Shown piece by piece: positions 1 to 8,356 of a DNA stretch of 64,000 nt (the stretch's first letter is position 1; each line of letters begins with the position of its first letter). The notes beneath the pieces are model-generated. The model was not told the origin of the DNA. It made no database searches and was given only the letters and a program-made list of their open reading frames with translations. A program made the position numbers and the translations under genes. This DNA comes from Candidatus Nanopelagicales bacterium (lineage in GTDB: Bacteria; Actinomycetota; Actinomycetes; S36-B12): positions 14,722 to 78,721 of the forward strand of contig JABAYF010000024.1 of the NCBI GenBank assembly GCA_018609125.1, read 5' to 3'.

Positions 1-1399
1 GCCATGATTCCAGCTTCACGCGTTCTAGAACGCTCGTCAGTTCGTTGTCCGTGGCCTGCGCACGACCGAGTCGTAGGTTGGCTGCGATCGTGGTGTCGAA
101 AATATGGGCATCCTGGGTCAGCATGGTGACGTGTGCGCGCAGGTCATCACCGGCTAAATCTGCGATCTCCCGCCCACCCACGGTGGCGGTGCCCTCGTAT
201 TGCAAAAACTTCAGCAAGACCGCTGCCAGGGTTGATTTACCGGCTCCGCTGGGGCCCACAATGGCGACGCGTTCACCCGGCTCGATCGTAATGTCGATAC
301 TGCGGAGGGTGAAGGGGCCGTCCTCGCGCCACCGAGCCTTCAGTTGTGTACAGCGCACCCCGTAGGGAGCCAACGCCGCACCACTGGGGTGGACCGGATC
401 TGACACCGGAAGGGGTGCATCAAGGACCTCCGTAATCCGTTTGCTGGAGGCTCGAACACGCTGCAGGGCCATAGCGGAGGCAGGAAGTGTGGTCACTAAA
501 TCGTACGCGGCGAGGGGTACCAGGGCCACCACGGCCAACCACACCGGCGCGAGTTGGCCAGAGGTGATCGCCGGCATTGTGAGCGCCAGTGCAACAACTA
601 CCGCTGCGCCCTGCATGAGGACACCGATACCAGCACCAACACCCAGGCCGGCTGATTCTCTGCGCGCTACCTGCATGAGTTGCGCATCAACGGAATCAAT
701 TCGCGTGAGGGCCTGACCCGTGGCCCCGTACGCGAGTAGATCGGGGCTCGCGAACAGTGCCGTCACCACCCCGCTACTGAGTTCACCGCGCAACGGCGCC
801 AACCGTGCTTGAGCTCGTCGTGCGATGGCGGCTATCAGCGCAGGAACGACCAAAACACCGATGGCTAAGGCCATAGCGATGGCGATACCGGCACCGATGT
901 CGAGCCAAAGCACGAAGGCCACCGTGGCAAGGCTGACCAAAACCGCCTGCGCCCAGGGCAAGATGACCCGTAACGGCAGATCCATTGCTGTATCGATATC
1001 AGCCACGAGCCTGGCCAGCAGATCGCCGCGACTAAATCGGGCTAGGCCCACCGGTGCGAGGAGTTCCAGGCGTTGGTAGATCGCAACACGCAGTGTCGTG
1101 AGGGCGCGGAAGGCCGAGTCGTGACCGAGGAGTCGTTCTGCGTATCGGAAAACAGAACGAGACAGGGCGAAGGCTCGAACCAGGACAGCCGCGACACCGA
1201 GGGCAAGTACCGGTGGCATTTCGGCTGCAAAAGAAATGAGCCACCCCGATGTGGCCAGCAAAGCCACCGCGCTAGCTGAGGCCACAAAACCCAGCAGAGC
1301 TGCCCCGCTAAGCCGCTTGCGCTGAGTGCTCATGGCCGCAGCAATACGCCGCAGCGGTCGTTGAGCCCGATCGTGTGCCACCTGCACCGAATCTGACAT
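1..1399 (-). CDS. cydC: thiol reductant ABC exporter subunit CydC-like (fused permease-ATPase); 3' end lies beyond the window edge
   Basis: Uninterrupted minus-strand frame from ATG at 1399 to position 1. It is absent from the ORF track because there is no stop in the window. Hand translation gives a hydrophobic multi-TM N-terminal half, then Walker A GPSGAGKST. It starts 6 nt after the CydD-like stop. Confidence 0.8.
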   Translation of the reverse strand, partial: MSDSVQVAHDRAQRPLRRIAAAMSTQRKRLSGAALLGFVASASAVALLATSGWLISFAAEMPPVLALGVAAVLVRAFALSRSVFRYAERLLGHDSAFRALTTLRVAIYQRLELLAPVGLARFSRGDLLARLVADIDTAMDLPLRVILPWAQAVLVSLATVAFVLWLDIGAGIAIAMALAIGVLVVPALIAAIARRAQARLAPLRGELSSGVVTALFASPDLLAYGATGQALTRIDSVDAQLMQVARRESAGLGVGAGIGVLMQGAAVVVALALTMPAITSGQLAPVWLAVVALVPLAAYDLVTTLPASAMALQRVRASSKRITEVLDAPLPVSDPVHPSGAALAPYGVRCTQLKARWREDGPFTLRSIDITIEPGERVAIVGPSGAGKSTLAAVLLKFLQYEGTATVGGREIADLAGDDLRAHVTMLTQDAHIFDTTIAANLRLGRAQATDNELTSVLERVKLESW

Positions 1400-1404
1400 G
1401 GCTA

Positions 1405-3204
1405 TCACCAACCCGTATCGGTGATGTTGGTTCGAGCAAACTTCGCCACCGCACGCTCAGCATTGATGAGATCCTCGCCGGGATTCAGCGTCAGATCCTG
1501 CTGAAGCAGCGGGGCAGACACATGAACGATCACGTCGGCGATATCAATCAGTGCCGGTCGATGTGCGACAACCACAACGGCTACTCCAGAATCAGCAGCA
1601 GCCCGAATCGCCTGCACCACCGCGGCTTCGCTCACTCCATCTAAGGCTGCGGTGGGTTCATCAAGAAGAAGAAGATCAGCCTTTCGCAGCATTGCGCGGG
1701 CTAAGGCAAGGCGGCGCACCTGTCCGGCCGAAAGCCCCACCCCGCCCTCAGTGATCTGCGTTGCCATCCCCTCGGGCATGGCCTCTATCTCAGCGAGCAC
1801 ACCCGCCTGCGCCAGTGCGCTGCGAACTTCGTCGCTGGTGGCATCGGGTCGACCCAGCCGCACCACATCCAACACGGTGGGTCGGTCACCAGCCCAGGGT
1901 GCGACAAGTTGTGGAGACTGCGGAACCCAGGCCACCCGCGCGCGCCAAAGATCAGGATCAATCAATCGCAAATCAATGTCTGGCTGACCGAAACTCTGCT
2001 GATTCTTCACTTCCGCGTCACGAACGGTGATCACCCCACCGGTGGGGGCAACGAAACCGAGAAGGGCCGCTAGAAACGTCGACTTGCCACCTCCACTCGT
2101 GCCAATCAGTGCTGTGACGCTGCCCGGGGAAATGTCGACCGTCGTGGGAAATAGCGCCGGACTGTCTCGATCGGGATAGGTAACGGTGACGTCTACGCAA
2201 CGAAGACCGAGGGGCTGGGGAATAGTCGATTCCGAACCCTGGGATGGCAGTGGGATCTCCAGGATCGTGAACACCTCATCGGCAGCACCGAGGCCCTCCG
2301 CCGCAGCGTGGAAATGCTGACCCACCATGCGCAGCGGCAGATATGCCTCAGGCGCCAAAATCAACACGAAAAGTGCGGTGGAGAACGCTATCCCGCCCTC
2401 CACCAGTCGCACACCAATCGTGACGGCAACGAGCGCCACGGACAGGCTGGCGAGCAACTCCAGAGCGAAGGAGGACAGGAAGGAAATTCGCAGCACCCCC
2501 ATGGTGGTGCTGCGATACCGATCGCCAATATCTTCTATCGCCTGGGCCTGCTTCTTAGCCCGCCCCAGCACTTTTAGGGTGGGTAGCCCTGCCACCAGAT
2601 CGAGGAAATGGCCACTCAGGCGGGCAAGTGTCTGCCATTGCCGATCCACTCGAGATCGAGTGTAGAGACCGATCAAGATCATGAAGACGACAATGATGGG
2701 CAATGTGACCGCAATGATGATCGCGCTCACCAGGTCAAAACCAATCACGGTCGCGATGATGGCTGCCGGCACGATGAGCGCCAGAAACAGTTGCGGGAGA
2801 TAGCGAGCGAAGTACGTGTCGAGGGCATCAACCCCGCGGGTGAGGAGACTGGCCACACCCCCTGGATCTGTGCCGGCTGGACCATACGGTCCCAGTCGCA
2901 ATACATGATCCATTGCAGCGGCACGAAGTTCGGCCTTTGCCTTGGCACTTGTCCGATACGCTGCAGCCTCCGCGATCCACGACACGATGGCCCGGATCGC
3001 GATTGTGGCCGTAAGGGCAATCAGAATCGGCACCGACGTCGCAAGCGTGGCGCGGCCCTGAGCCACGTCGACGATCGCGGTTGCTAGCAGGCGGGCTTGG
3101 ATAATCACCAGGATCGCCATGACGATGCCCAGCCCTATGGCAAGAACAACGAAACCACGGGTGCTGCGGGCGTAACGCAGGAGCCGAGGGTCTAGCGGTT
3201 TCAC
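1405..3204 (-). CDS. cydD: thiol reductant ABC exporter subunit CydD-like (fused permease-ATPase)
   Basis: 599-aa ORF with a TM domain, then Walker A GTSGGGKST, signature LSAGQ and Walker B LLLLDEP. GTG start has AGGA 7 nt upstream. It lies in tandem with the second half-transporter. Confidence 0.8.
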   Translation of the reverse strand: MKPLDPRLLRYARSTRGFVVLAIGLGIVMAILVIIQARLLATAIVDVAQGRATLATSVPILIALTATIAIRAIVSWIAEAAAYRTSAKAKAELRAAAMDHVLRLGPYGPAGTDPGGVASLLTRGVDALDTYFARYLPQLFLALIVPAAIIATVIGFDLVSAIIIAVTLPIIVVFMILIGLYTRSRVDRQWQTLARLSGHFLDLVAGLPTLKVLGRAKKQAQAIEDIGDRYRSTTMGVLRISFLSSFALELLASLSVALVAVTIGVRLVEGGIAFSTALFVLILAPEAYLPLRMVGQHFHAAAEGLGAADEVFTILEIPLPSQGSESTIPQPLGLRCVDVTVTYPDRDSPALFPTTVDISPGSVTALIGTSGGGKSTFLAALLGFVAPTGGVITVRDAEVKNQQSFGQPDIDLRLIDPDLWRARVAWVPQSPQLVAPWAGDRPTVLDVVRLGRPDATSDEVRSALAQAGVLAEIEAMPEGMATQITEGGVGLSAGQVRRLALARAMLRKADLLLLDEPTAALDGVSEAAVVQAIRAAADSGVAVVVVAHRPALIDIADVIVHVSAPLLQQDLTLNPGEDLINAERAVAKFARTNITDTGW

Positions 3205-3221
3205 AGTGTCATCCTGCCCCT

Positions 3222-3253
3222 TGAATGGAGGTTCCGGTGAATGGAGGTTCCGG
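3222..3253. repeat. perfect 2 x 16-bp tandem direct repeat TGAATGGAGGTTCCGG
   Basis: Read directly: the unit at 3222-3237 is repeated exactly at 3238-3253, 18-49 nt upstream of the cydD start codon. Confidence 0.9.
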
Positions 3254-3298
3254 CCAAGATCAAGATGGTCGTCTCACCAACAACACAGAACGGCGCTC

Positions 3299-3381
3299 GG
3301 GGGGCGGGATGGTGCCGGTCCCCCCGGATGCGCACCATCCCGCGTCTATGCGCGCCTTAGGCGCGTACCCCCCGAAGTGCC
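3299..3381 (+). ncRNA. candidate structured RNA or nested inverted-repeat element, possibly 6C-family sRNA-like
   Basis: Perfect 12-bp stem 3304-3315/3332-3343 (GCGGGATGGTGC/GCACCATCCCGC), with CCCCCC (3320-3325) in its loop. A second hairpin at 3349-3356/3360-3367 is followed by CCCCCC (3368-3373). That run can sit in a loop closed by GGCGC/GTGCC (3360-3364/3377-3381) or pair with GGGGGG at 3299-3304. Strand was chosen so the C runs are in the RNA. Confidence 0.35.
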
Positions 3382-3490
3382 TCTAGGAGCTGACCAGGCC
3401 ACTGTAGCGATCGTCTGCCCGGCAAGGGTCCATATTTACCGAGACTTTGGTCCTAACTTGCGCCGGTCATTGTGCCGATAGGGGTGCCCG

Positions 3491-4852
3491 CTACGCCGTG
3501 GAATTGGTGAGCCGTACCAGCGCTTCACCAAAGAGGGACGTATGAAGGTCCACATCAACGGCCGAGGTAGCCGGACACATCAGCGCCATGTTGTGAAATG
3601 GCGTCATCAGCACGCCCCGGTTAGCCATAAACAAATGCAGATACTCCTCTAGCGCCTCGTCGTGAGCAGCCGCTGACTCACTTCCGGTCTTTGGCGCAGG
3701 CGAGCAAAACCGGTATTCAGCCCGGGCTCCGAGTTGACTAATGGACCACGGCACGCCGTGGCGAATCAAGGCCTGCTCGACTCCCTCGCGGAAACGCGTG
3801 CCCAGGCTGATCATGTGCACGAAAGCCTCGTCAGTGAACACGTGCTCAAGGGTCGCGCGCATGGCGGCGGTCGACATAGCGTTACCAGCGAGTGTTCCGC
3901 CCACGCCACCCACATCAATTAAGTCGGCCTCTTCGTGGCGAGCCACATGATCAGCTACTTCGGCAGAGATTCCATACGCACCACTTGGCACACCACCGCC
4001 GATGCTCTTACCGATCACGACGATGTCAGGGTCTAACGACCACGCGGCGGTGCAACCACCCGGTCCCGCCGAGATCGTATGCGTTTCGTCAATGAGCAAG
4101 AGCGCGCCGTATCGAGTGCACAGTGCCCGTAGGCCTTCCATGAAGCCGGGTTCGGGCAGCACGATGCCAATATTTGTCAACGCCGGTTCAGTGATCACCA
4201 CAGCCACATCACCATGGGCAAGTGCACGTTCGACCGAATCAAGGTCATTGAATTCAGCCACTCGGGTAGTGCGCTCGATATCGATCGGCGCGCCCACATT
4301 GCCCTCGCGCAAAGTTGCCTTTCCGTCGTCGCCGCTGATCACGAAGGTTTCATCGACGCTGCCGTGATAGCAATATGAAAAAGCCAGCACCTTCGGTCGA
4401 CCTGTGATCATCCGCGCCAGTCGAAGTGCCCATCGATTCGCATCGGTTGCGGTGAGAGTGAAAGACCACAGCGGCAGTCCGAATCGACGTGTCAGATCAT
4501 CGGCAACCCATTCGGCGTCGGCGGTAGGCATCATCGTGGTGATGCCCCCCAGTTCGCTGATGCGTTGGGTCACCCCGGCGATCGTGGCGGCGGGTGAATG
4601 ACCGGCCATGGCCCCGGTGTCGCCGAGAGCGAAGTCAACGTATTCATTACCGTCGACGTCGGTCACACGATTGCCACGAGCGGTTGCCAAATACAGCGGG
4701 TACCCACCAGACCACTTATTCATCCAGGTCATCGGCACCCTCCCAAGAAGGTGATCTGCCGACGTGAATAGCGCGCGCGAGCCCGGCGTGCGATCGCGAT
4801 ACCTAGAGCGTTCATCACTGAGCAGAACCTGCAGACGATCTCTATCGATCAC
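3491..4852 (-). CDS. class-III (GSA-aminomutase-like) PLP-dependent aminotransferase
   Basis: Motifs DFALGDTGAMAGH and IGKSIGGGVPSGAYG (PLP lysine). Start trimmed to GTG at 4852, which has AAAGGGAG upstream and lies just after the MFS stop at 4884. The first 88 codons of the 541-aa track ORF overlap the MFS gene and look non-coding. Confidence 0.85.
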   Translation of the reverse strand: MIDRDRLQVLLSDERSRYRDRTPGSRALFTSADHLLGRVPMTWMNKWSGGYPLYLATARGNRVTDVDGNEYVDFALGDTGAMAGHSPAATIAGVTQRISELGGITTMMPTADAEWVADDLTRRFGLPLWSFTLTATDANRWALRLARMITGRPKVLAFSYCYHGSVDETFVISGDDGKATLREGNVGAPIDIERTTRVAEFNDLDSVERALAHGDVAVVITEPALTNIGIVLPEPGFMEGLRALCTRYGALLLIDETHTISAGPGGCTAAWSLDPDIVVIGKSIGGGVPSGAYGISAEVADHVARHEEADLIDVGGVGGTLAGNAMSTAAMRATLEHVFTDEAFVHMISLGTRFREGVEQALIRHGVPWSISQLGARAEYRFCSPAPKTGSESAAAHDEALEEYLHLFMANRGVLMTPFHNMALMCPATSAVDVDLHTSLFGEALVRLTNSTA

Positions 4853-4883
4853 CGGTAACTCCCTTTGAAGACTCAGGCTATGG

Positions 4884-6125
4884 CTACCTGGAATTCGGTC
4901 GACGATGTTGTCGCGCTGCAAAGAGTAACCCCAGGGCCACCGACAGGATTTGGGTGAGGGCGGCGGCGACGAAAATTGGGCGCCATCCAGAGTCAACCAA
5001 TGCTCCTGCGGTAAGCGATCCAACGGCGAAGGCGCCGGTACGAAGGGATGCTGCTGTCGCGAAGACAAGGCTGCGAGCCTGCTGGGGAGACTCGCGGTCG
5101 CGCACTTGAAACACACCCGTCAGTTGCGGCGCCTGGACGAATCCGAACACCAGCGCAAGCACGAATGCAACGGTCATCGTGGGCGCTGCCGCGATGCCGA
5201 GCAAGACAACGGCCAGCAGCAGGGTAGTGAAAATCGCCATGGTTCCCGGACCTACGCGCACAATGGGTGCACGGGCCAACCAGATAGTGCCCACCAGCGC
5301 GCCGCCAGCGATCATGGCGAGGAGTAAAGCTCCGAATCCGGCATCCCCAGCGAGATCTTCACCAAGCAGCGGTGATCCGATGACGATGAAGCCAAAGGCC
5401 CCAAATGAAATCGTGCCGATAAATGTATTGCGTCGCAGCGATAATGACGACCACATGACGCGCATTTGAGCGAGCGTTCGACCGAAGGGAATAACCGGCC
5501 CGGTATGCGTCGCCGAACGGGGTGGGATCGGAACTAACGGAAGAAGGAGCGCCGTGACGAGATAGAGACCCAAAACAACCTCAACCGAAGCCGCACCCGG
5601 AACCGAAGCATCAACGATGAACGCAACGCCCACCAGAGCAGGCCCAGCGATTTCAGCGACGTTGTACGTGCCCACATCTATCGCGTACACACGTGCCAAG
5701 GGCATATCAGGGACCACGCGACGGACCTGTGCGCTCCACGCACCGGTGAACACGGGTTGAGCAAGACCGGTTAACGCGGCAACCGCAATAAGGACGGGAA
5801 GTGGCCACTGTCCGATGCCGATAACGAGGGCAGCGCTGCCGATGATGAGAACGATGACGCCAGCGAGGTATCCCCGGCGGGGGAATTCCAGCCGATCAAT
5901 GGCAGCGCCACTCAGTGGTCCTACCAAGCCGGCCACCGCGGTCAGTGCCGCGACCATAACCGCACCGTCGGCCGCTGAACCGCCAATGCTGATCATGGCC
6001 AACACCAGAGCCGACGGCAGGCCACTCGTGGCGGCACGACCCAGTGAACCTACCGTCGCGTAGAGGGCTAGCCGTTGGCGTGGCCCGCTGGTGAAGGCAT
6101 GAATTTCTTGGTCAGCCGATGGCAC
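4884..6125 (-). CDS. MFS transporter
   Basis: 413-aa, highly hydrophobic, about 12 predicted TM segments with a central loop, which is an MFS-like organisation. Confidence 0.75.
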   Translation of the reverse strand: MPSADQEIHAFTSGPRQRLALYATVGSLGRAATSGLPSALVLAMISIGGSAADGAVMVAALTAVAGLVGPLSGAAIDRLEFPRRGYLAGVIVLIIGSAALVIGIGQWPLPVLIAVAALTGLAQPVFTGAWSAQVRRVVPDMPLARVYAIDVGTYNVAEIAGPALVGVAFIVDASVPGAASVEVVLGLYLVTALLLPLVPIPPRSATHTGPVIPFGRTLAQMRVMWSSLSLRRNTFIGTISFGAFGFIVIGSPLLGEDLAGDAGFGALLLAMIAGGALVGTIWLARAPIVRVGPGTMAIFTTLLLAVVLLGIAAAPTMTVAFVLALVFGFVQAPQLTGVFQVRDRESPQQARSLVFATAASLRTGAFAVGSLTAGALVDSGWRPIFVAAALTQILSVALGLLFAARQHRRPNSR

Positions 6126-6352
6126 GCGCCGGACTGTACGCCGTGGTGCAGCTCACCTGATCGACCGACCTCCATGGGTGCTGTGATCTGAAAATGACAC
6201 GATCGACACAAGACAACACATGCCCGGGTGTTGCGTGGGACGGTAGAGGGGGTTCAATCTGACTACAAGAGCACGGCCACGAACTACCCCGACCTACCCG
6301 GTCGCTGGAGTTCACGCGACCAAACCGGTCGCCCAAGCGAGGAAGGTTGCTG

Positions 6353-6784
6353 ATGAACGCCAGCACGCCTGAAATGAAAACGCCCATGAGCGGGGCCGAA
6401 CTTGATCGCATCGATGCTCACCTCGCCTTAGCAGAACGCACCGCCGTGTGGTGGGTCGGACTAGCGCAGGAACTCGATCAACTCGATGACCAGCTCGCAG
6501 TGCACCGTGCCGATGTTGAAGGTCCCGGCGGATTTCATTCCCAGGTTCTTTCCGATGCGCCGCGAGTAGCCCCCGCCGTGGCTCAACTAGAAATCGAACA
6601 CGATCGTCTCGGCAGTCTCATCCGCGAGGCACGCCAGCGCGTGGGTGAACTTTCTGGAGATCCCGATGCCACCGACGAAGCCGCTGCACTGGTGAGCGGC
6701 CTCACCCAGCGTCTGCGCGCCCATCAAGGCCTCGCCGACGACGTCTTTCACCAGGCCTACCGCATCGACATCGGTGGCGAATGA
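6353..6784 (+). CDS. hypothetical helical protein (His/Glu/Asp-rich, possibly hemerythrin-like)
   Basis: ATG at 6353 preceded by GAGGAAGG. Acidic helical sequence with spaced H/E/D residues (VHRADVE, EIEHD, AHQGLADDVFH). No firm family recognised. Confidence 0.55.
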   Translation: MNASTPEMKTPMSGAELDRIDAHLALAERTAVWWVGLAQELDQLDDQLAVHRADVEGPGGFHSQVLSDAPRVAPAVAQLEIEHDRLGSLIREARQRVGELSGDPDATDEAAALVSGLTQRLRAHQGLADDVFHQAYRIDIGGE

Positions 6785-6979
6785 CATTTCCTAGAATGCA
6801 TGTAGGGGGCACACATCAGCACCCACCACCACACGTTGAAAATTTGACACACTTTCCCGTGCGTCAGCCTAAGGCTGCCTATGCTTTGCGGCACCGCTGT
6901 GAGAGTCAACGCCTACACTGAACTTCGACGGTAGGACGCGCAGACCGGTCACATGACCACATCACAACGGGAGGTGCCC

Positions 6980-7147
6980 ATGTTGCGTCTTCGCGTCTGG
7001 GGTACCGCTCTCGCGCTCGTCATCAGCCTCATCGCTGGAATACTCCTCGGTATCGCCTTCACTGATGACGGATCAACGAACTCTGGCCTCGCACCCACTC
7101 TGCCGCCCACGGATGCGGCCGCTAGTTCAAAGAGTCCGCCATCCTGA
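6980..7147 (+). CDS. small membrane protein (55 aa, one TM helix)
   Basis: ATG at 6980 with GGGAGG 6 nt upstream. Sequence MLRLRVWGTALALVISLIAGILLGIAF followed by a Pro/Ser/Thr-rich tail. The 3' end overlaps the convergent TrxR gene by 26 nt. Confidence 0.45.
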   Translation: MLRLRVWGTALALVISLIAGILLGIAFTDDGSTNSGLAPTLPPTDAAASSKSPPS

Positions 7148-8312
7148 TTTGCATTGCCACAGAGGCACCTTCGCCCACCGCGGAGGCCAACTGTTTGGTG
7201 GATCCAGCACGCACATCACCTGCTGCATAAACGCCAGGCATCGAAGTTTCCATCATGCGGTTGGTCAGGATGAACCCCTTGTCATCTAGTTCGAGGAGGC
7301 CATCCAGCCAACCGGTGTTGGGATCTAGCCCGATGAAGACAAAGGCACCACTTACGTCAATCTGTCGCTCCTGGCCCGCCGAGCGCACGAGCACGCCCCG
7401 CAAGTGACCATCCTCACTTGCTAGGAAGGACAATAGTTCGGTGTCGTTCATCACCTGCATCTGTGGGTGATCAGCCACTTTGCGCTGCAGAATCTTCGAT
7501 GCCTTCGAGTTTTTCCCGCGCTCGATCACAGTGACCTTACGTGCAAACTTGGTGAGGAAGAGACCCTCCTCTAGTCCGGAATTACCACCACCAATGACCG
7601 CAACGTGCTCGGCATCCTTGTAGAAGGGCCCGTCGCAGGTAGCGCAAAAATGAACGCCTGCACCGATCAGATCAGCCTCTCCTGGCGCATCAGTACGCCG
7701 ATACCGCGACCCCGTGGCGATCACGACTGCTCCTGCCGTAATGGACTGCCCGGTCGAGAGCCCAACCTGAAGCTTTCCGCCCTCTTGGCTAACGCTGGAA
7801 ACCGACACAGCAGCGAGGAGTTCCACGCCGTAACGCTGTGCTTGCTCGACAAACCTCGATGCTAATTCGCCACCGCCCACGCCTTCGGGAAAGCCCGGGT
7901 AGTTGTCGAGTCGCTCCGTGATTCCGGCCTGCCCGCCTAGACCGGAGCGCTCAACTACAAGCGTGGTGAGATCTTCGCGTGCGGTATAGATCGCCGTCGT
8001 CAGGCCGGTGGGTCCGCCACCAACAATGACCACGTCGTATGTGTTTTCCACTGCTGAACGAGCAAGTCCAAGCTTTTCTGCTAGGTCTTCATTGCTTGGT
8101 TCGGCGAGATGAGTGCCATCGGGAAAAACGATCGTGGGAATGATCTGCTTACCATCGTTATAGGCAAGCACAGCGTCTACGCCATCGGGCTGCTTCTCTA
8201 AATCAACATAGGTGTACGCGATGCGCTGGTCGGCAAGAAAAACTTTGCTACGTCGGCAGTCTGGGCACCATTCAGCGCCGTACAAAACGATTGCTCCGTC
8301 TGGCATCTTCAT
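7122..8312 (-). CDS. glutaredoxin-like domain fused to thioredoxin-disulfide reductase-like flavoprotein
   Basis: N-terminal about 85 aa has WCPDC in a Grx/NrdH-like fold context. The rest is TrxR-like: VVIVGGGPTG (FAD), CATCDG redox centre, GGGNSGLEEG, GDV near the C-terminus. Start set to ATG 8312 (GGGAG 8 nt upstream) rather than the track GTG at 8327. Confidence 0.85.
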   Translation of the reverse strand: MKMPDGAIVLYGAEWCPDCRRSKVFLADQRIAYTYVDLEKQPDGVDAVLAYNDGKQIIPTIVFPDGTHLAEPSNEDLAEKLGLARSAVENTYDVVIVGGGPTGLTTAIYTAREDLTTLVVERSGLGGQAGITERLDNYPGFPEGVGGGELASRFVEQAQRYGVELLAAVSVSSVSQEGGKLQVGLSTGQSITAGAVVIATGSRYRRTDAPGEADLIGAGVHFCATCDGPFYKDAEHVAVIGGGNSGLEEGLFLTKFARKVTVIERGKNSKASKILQRKVADHPQMQVMNDTELLSFLASEDGHLRGVLVRSAGQERQIDVSGAFVFIGLDPNTGWLDGLLELDDKGFILTNRMMETSMPGVYAAGDVRAGSTKQLASAVGEGASVAMQIRMADSLN

Positions 8313-8356
8313 GACTTTTTCTCCCACTCTCTACTCTAGCTCTGTATTCCAGCTCT

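Noticed and set aside
3222-3253. Possible Rex (TTGTGAA-N4-TTCACAA) or CRP (TGTGA-N6-TCACA) operator in the 16-bp repeats upstream of cydD.
   Set aside because: Only the GTGAA half-site matches. The spacing (N6) and second half (TTCCG) do not fit either consensus.
4853-5116. N-terminal extensions of track ORFs (aminotransferase to 5116, LivF-like from 11223, serS from 36433, TrpB2 to 40363, ACAD to 26353, carboxylase alpha to 30705, SBP to 11494, GDPD to 44574).
   Set aside because: The extensions overlap neighbouring genes or lack homology-like sequence. Internal starts with good Shine-Dalgarno sequences or 4-nt stop/start overlaps give N-termini matching the family pattern.
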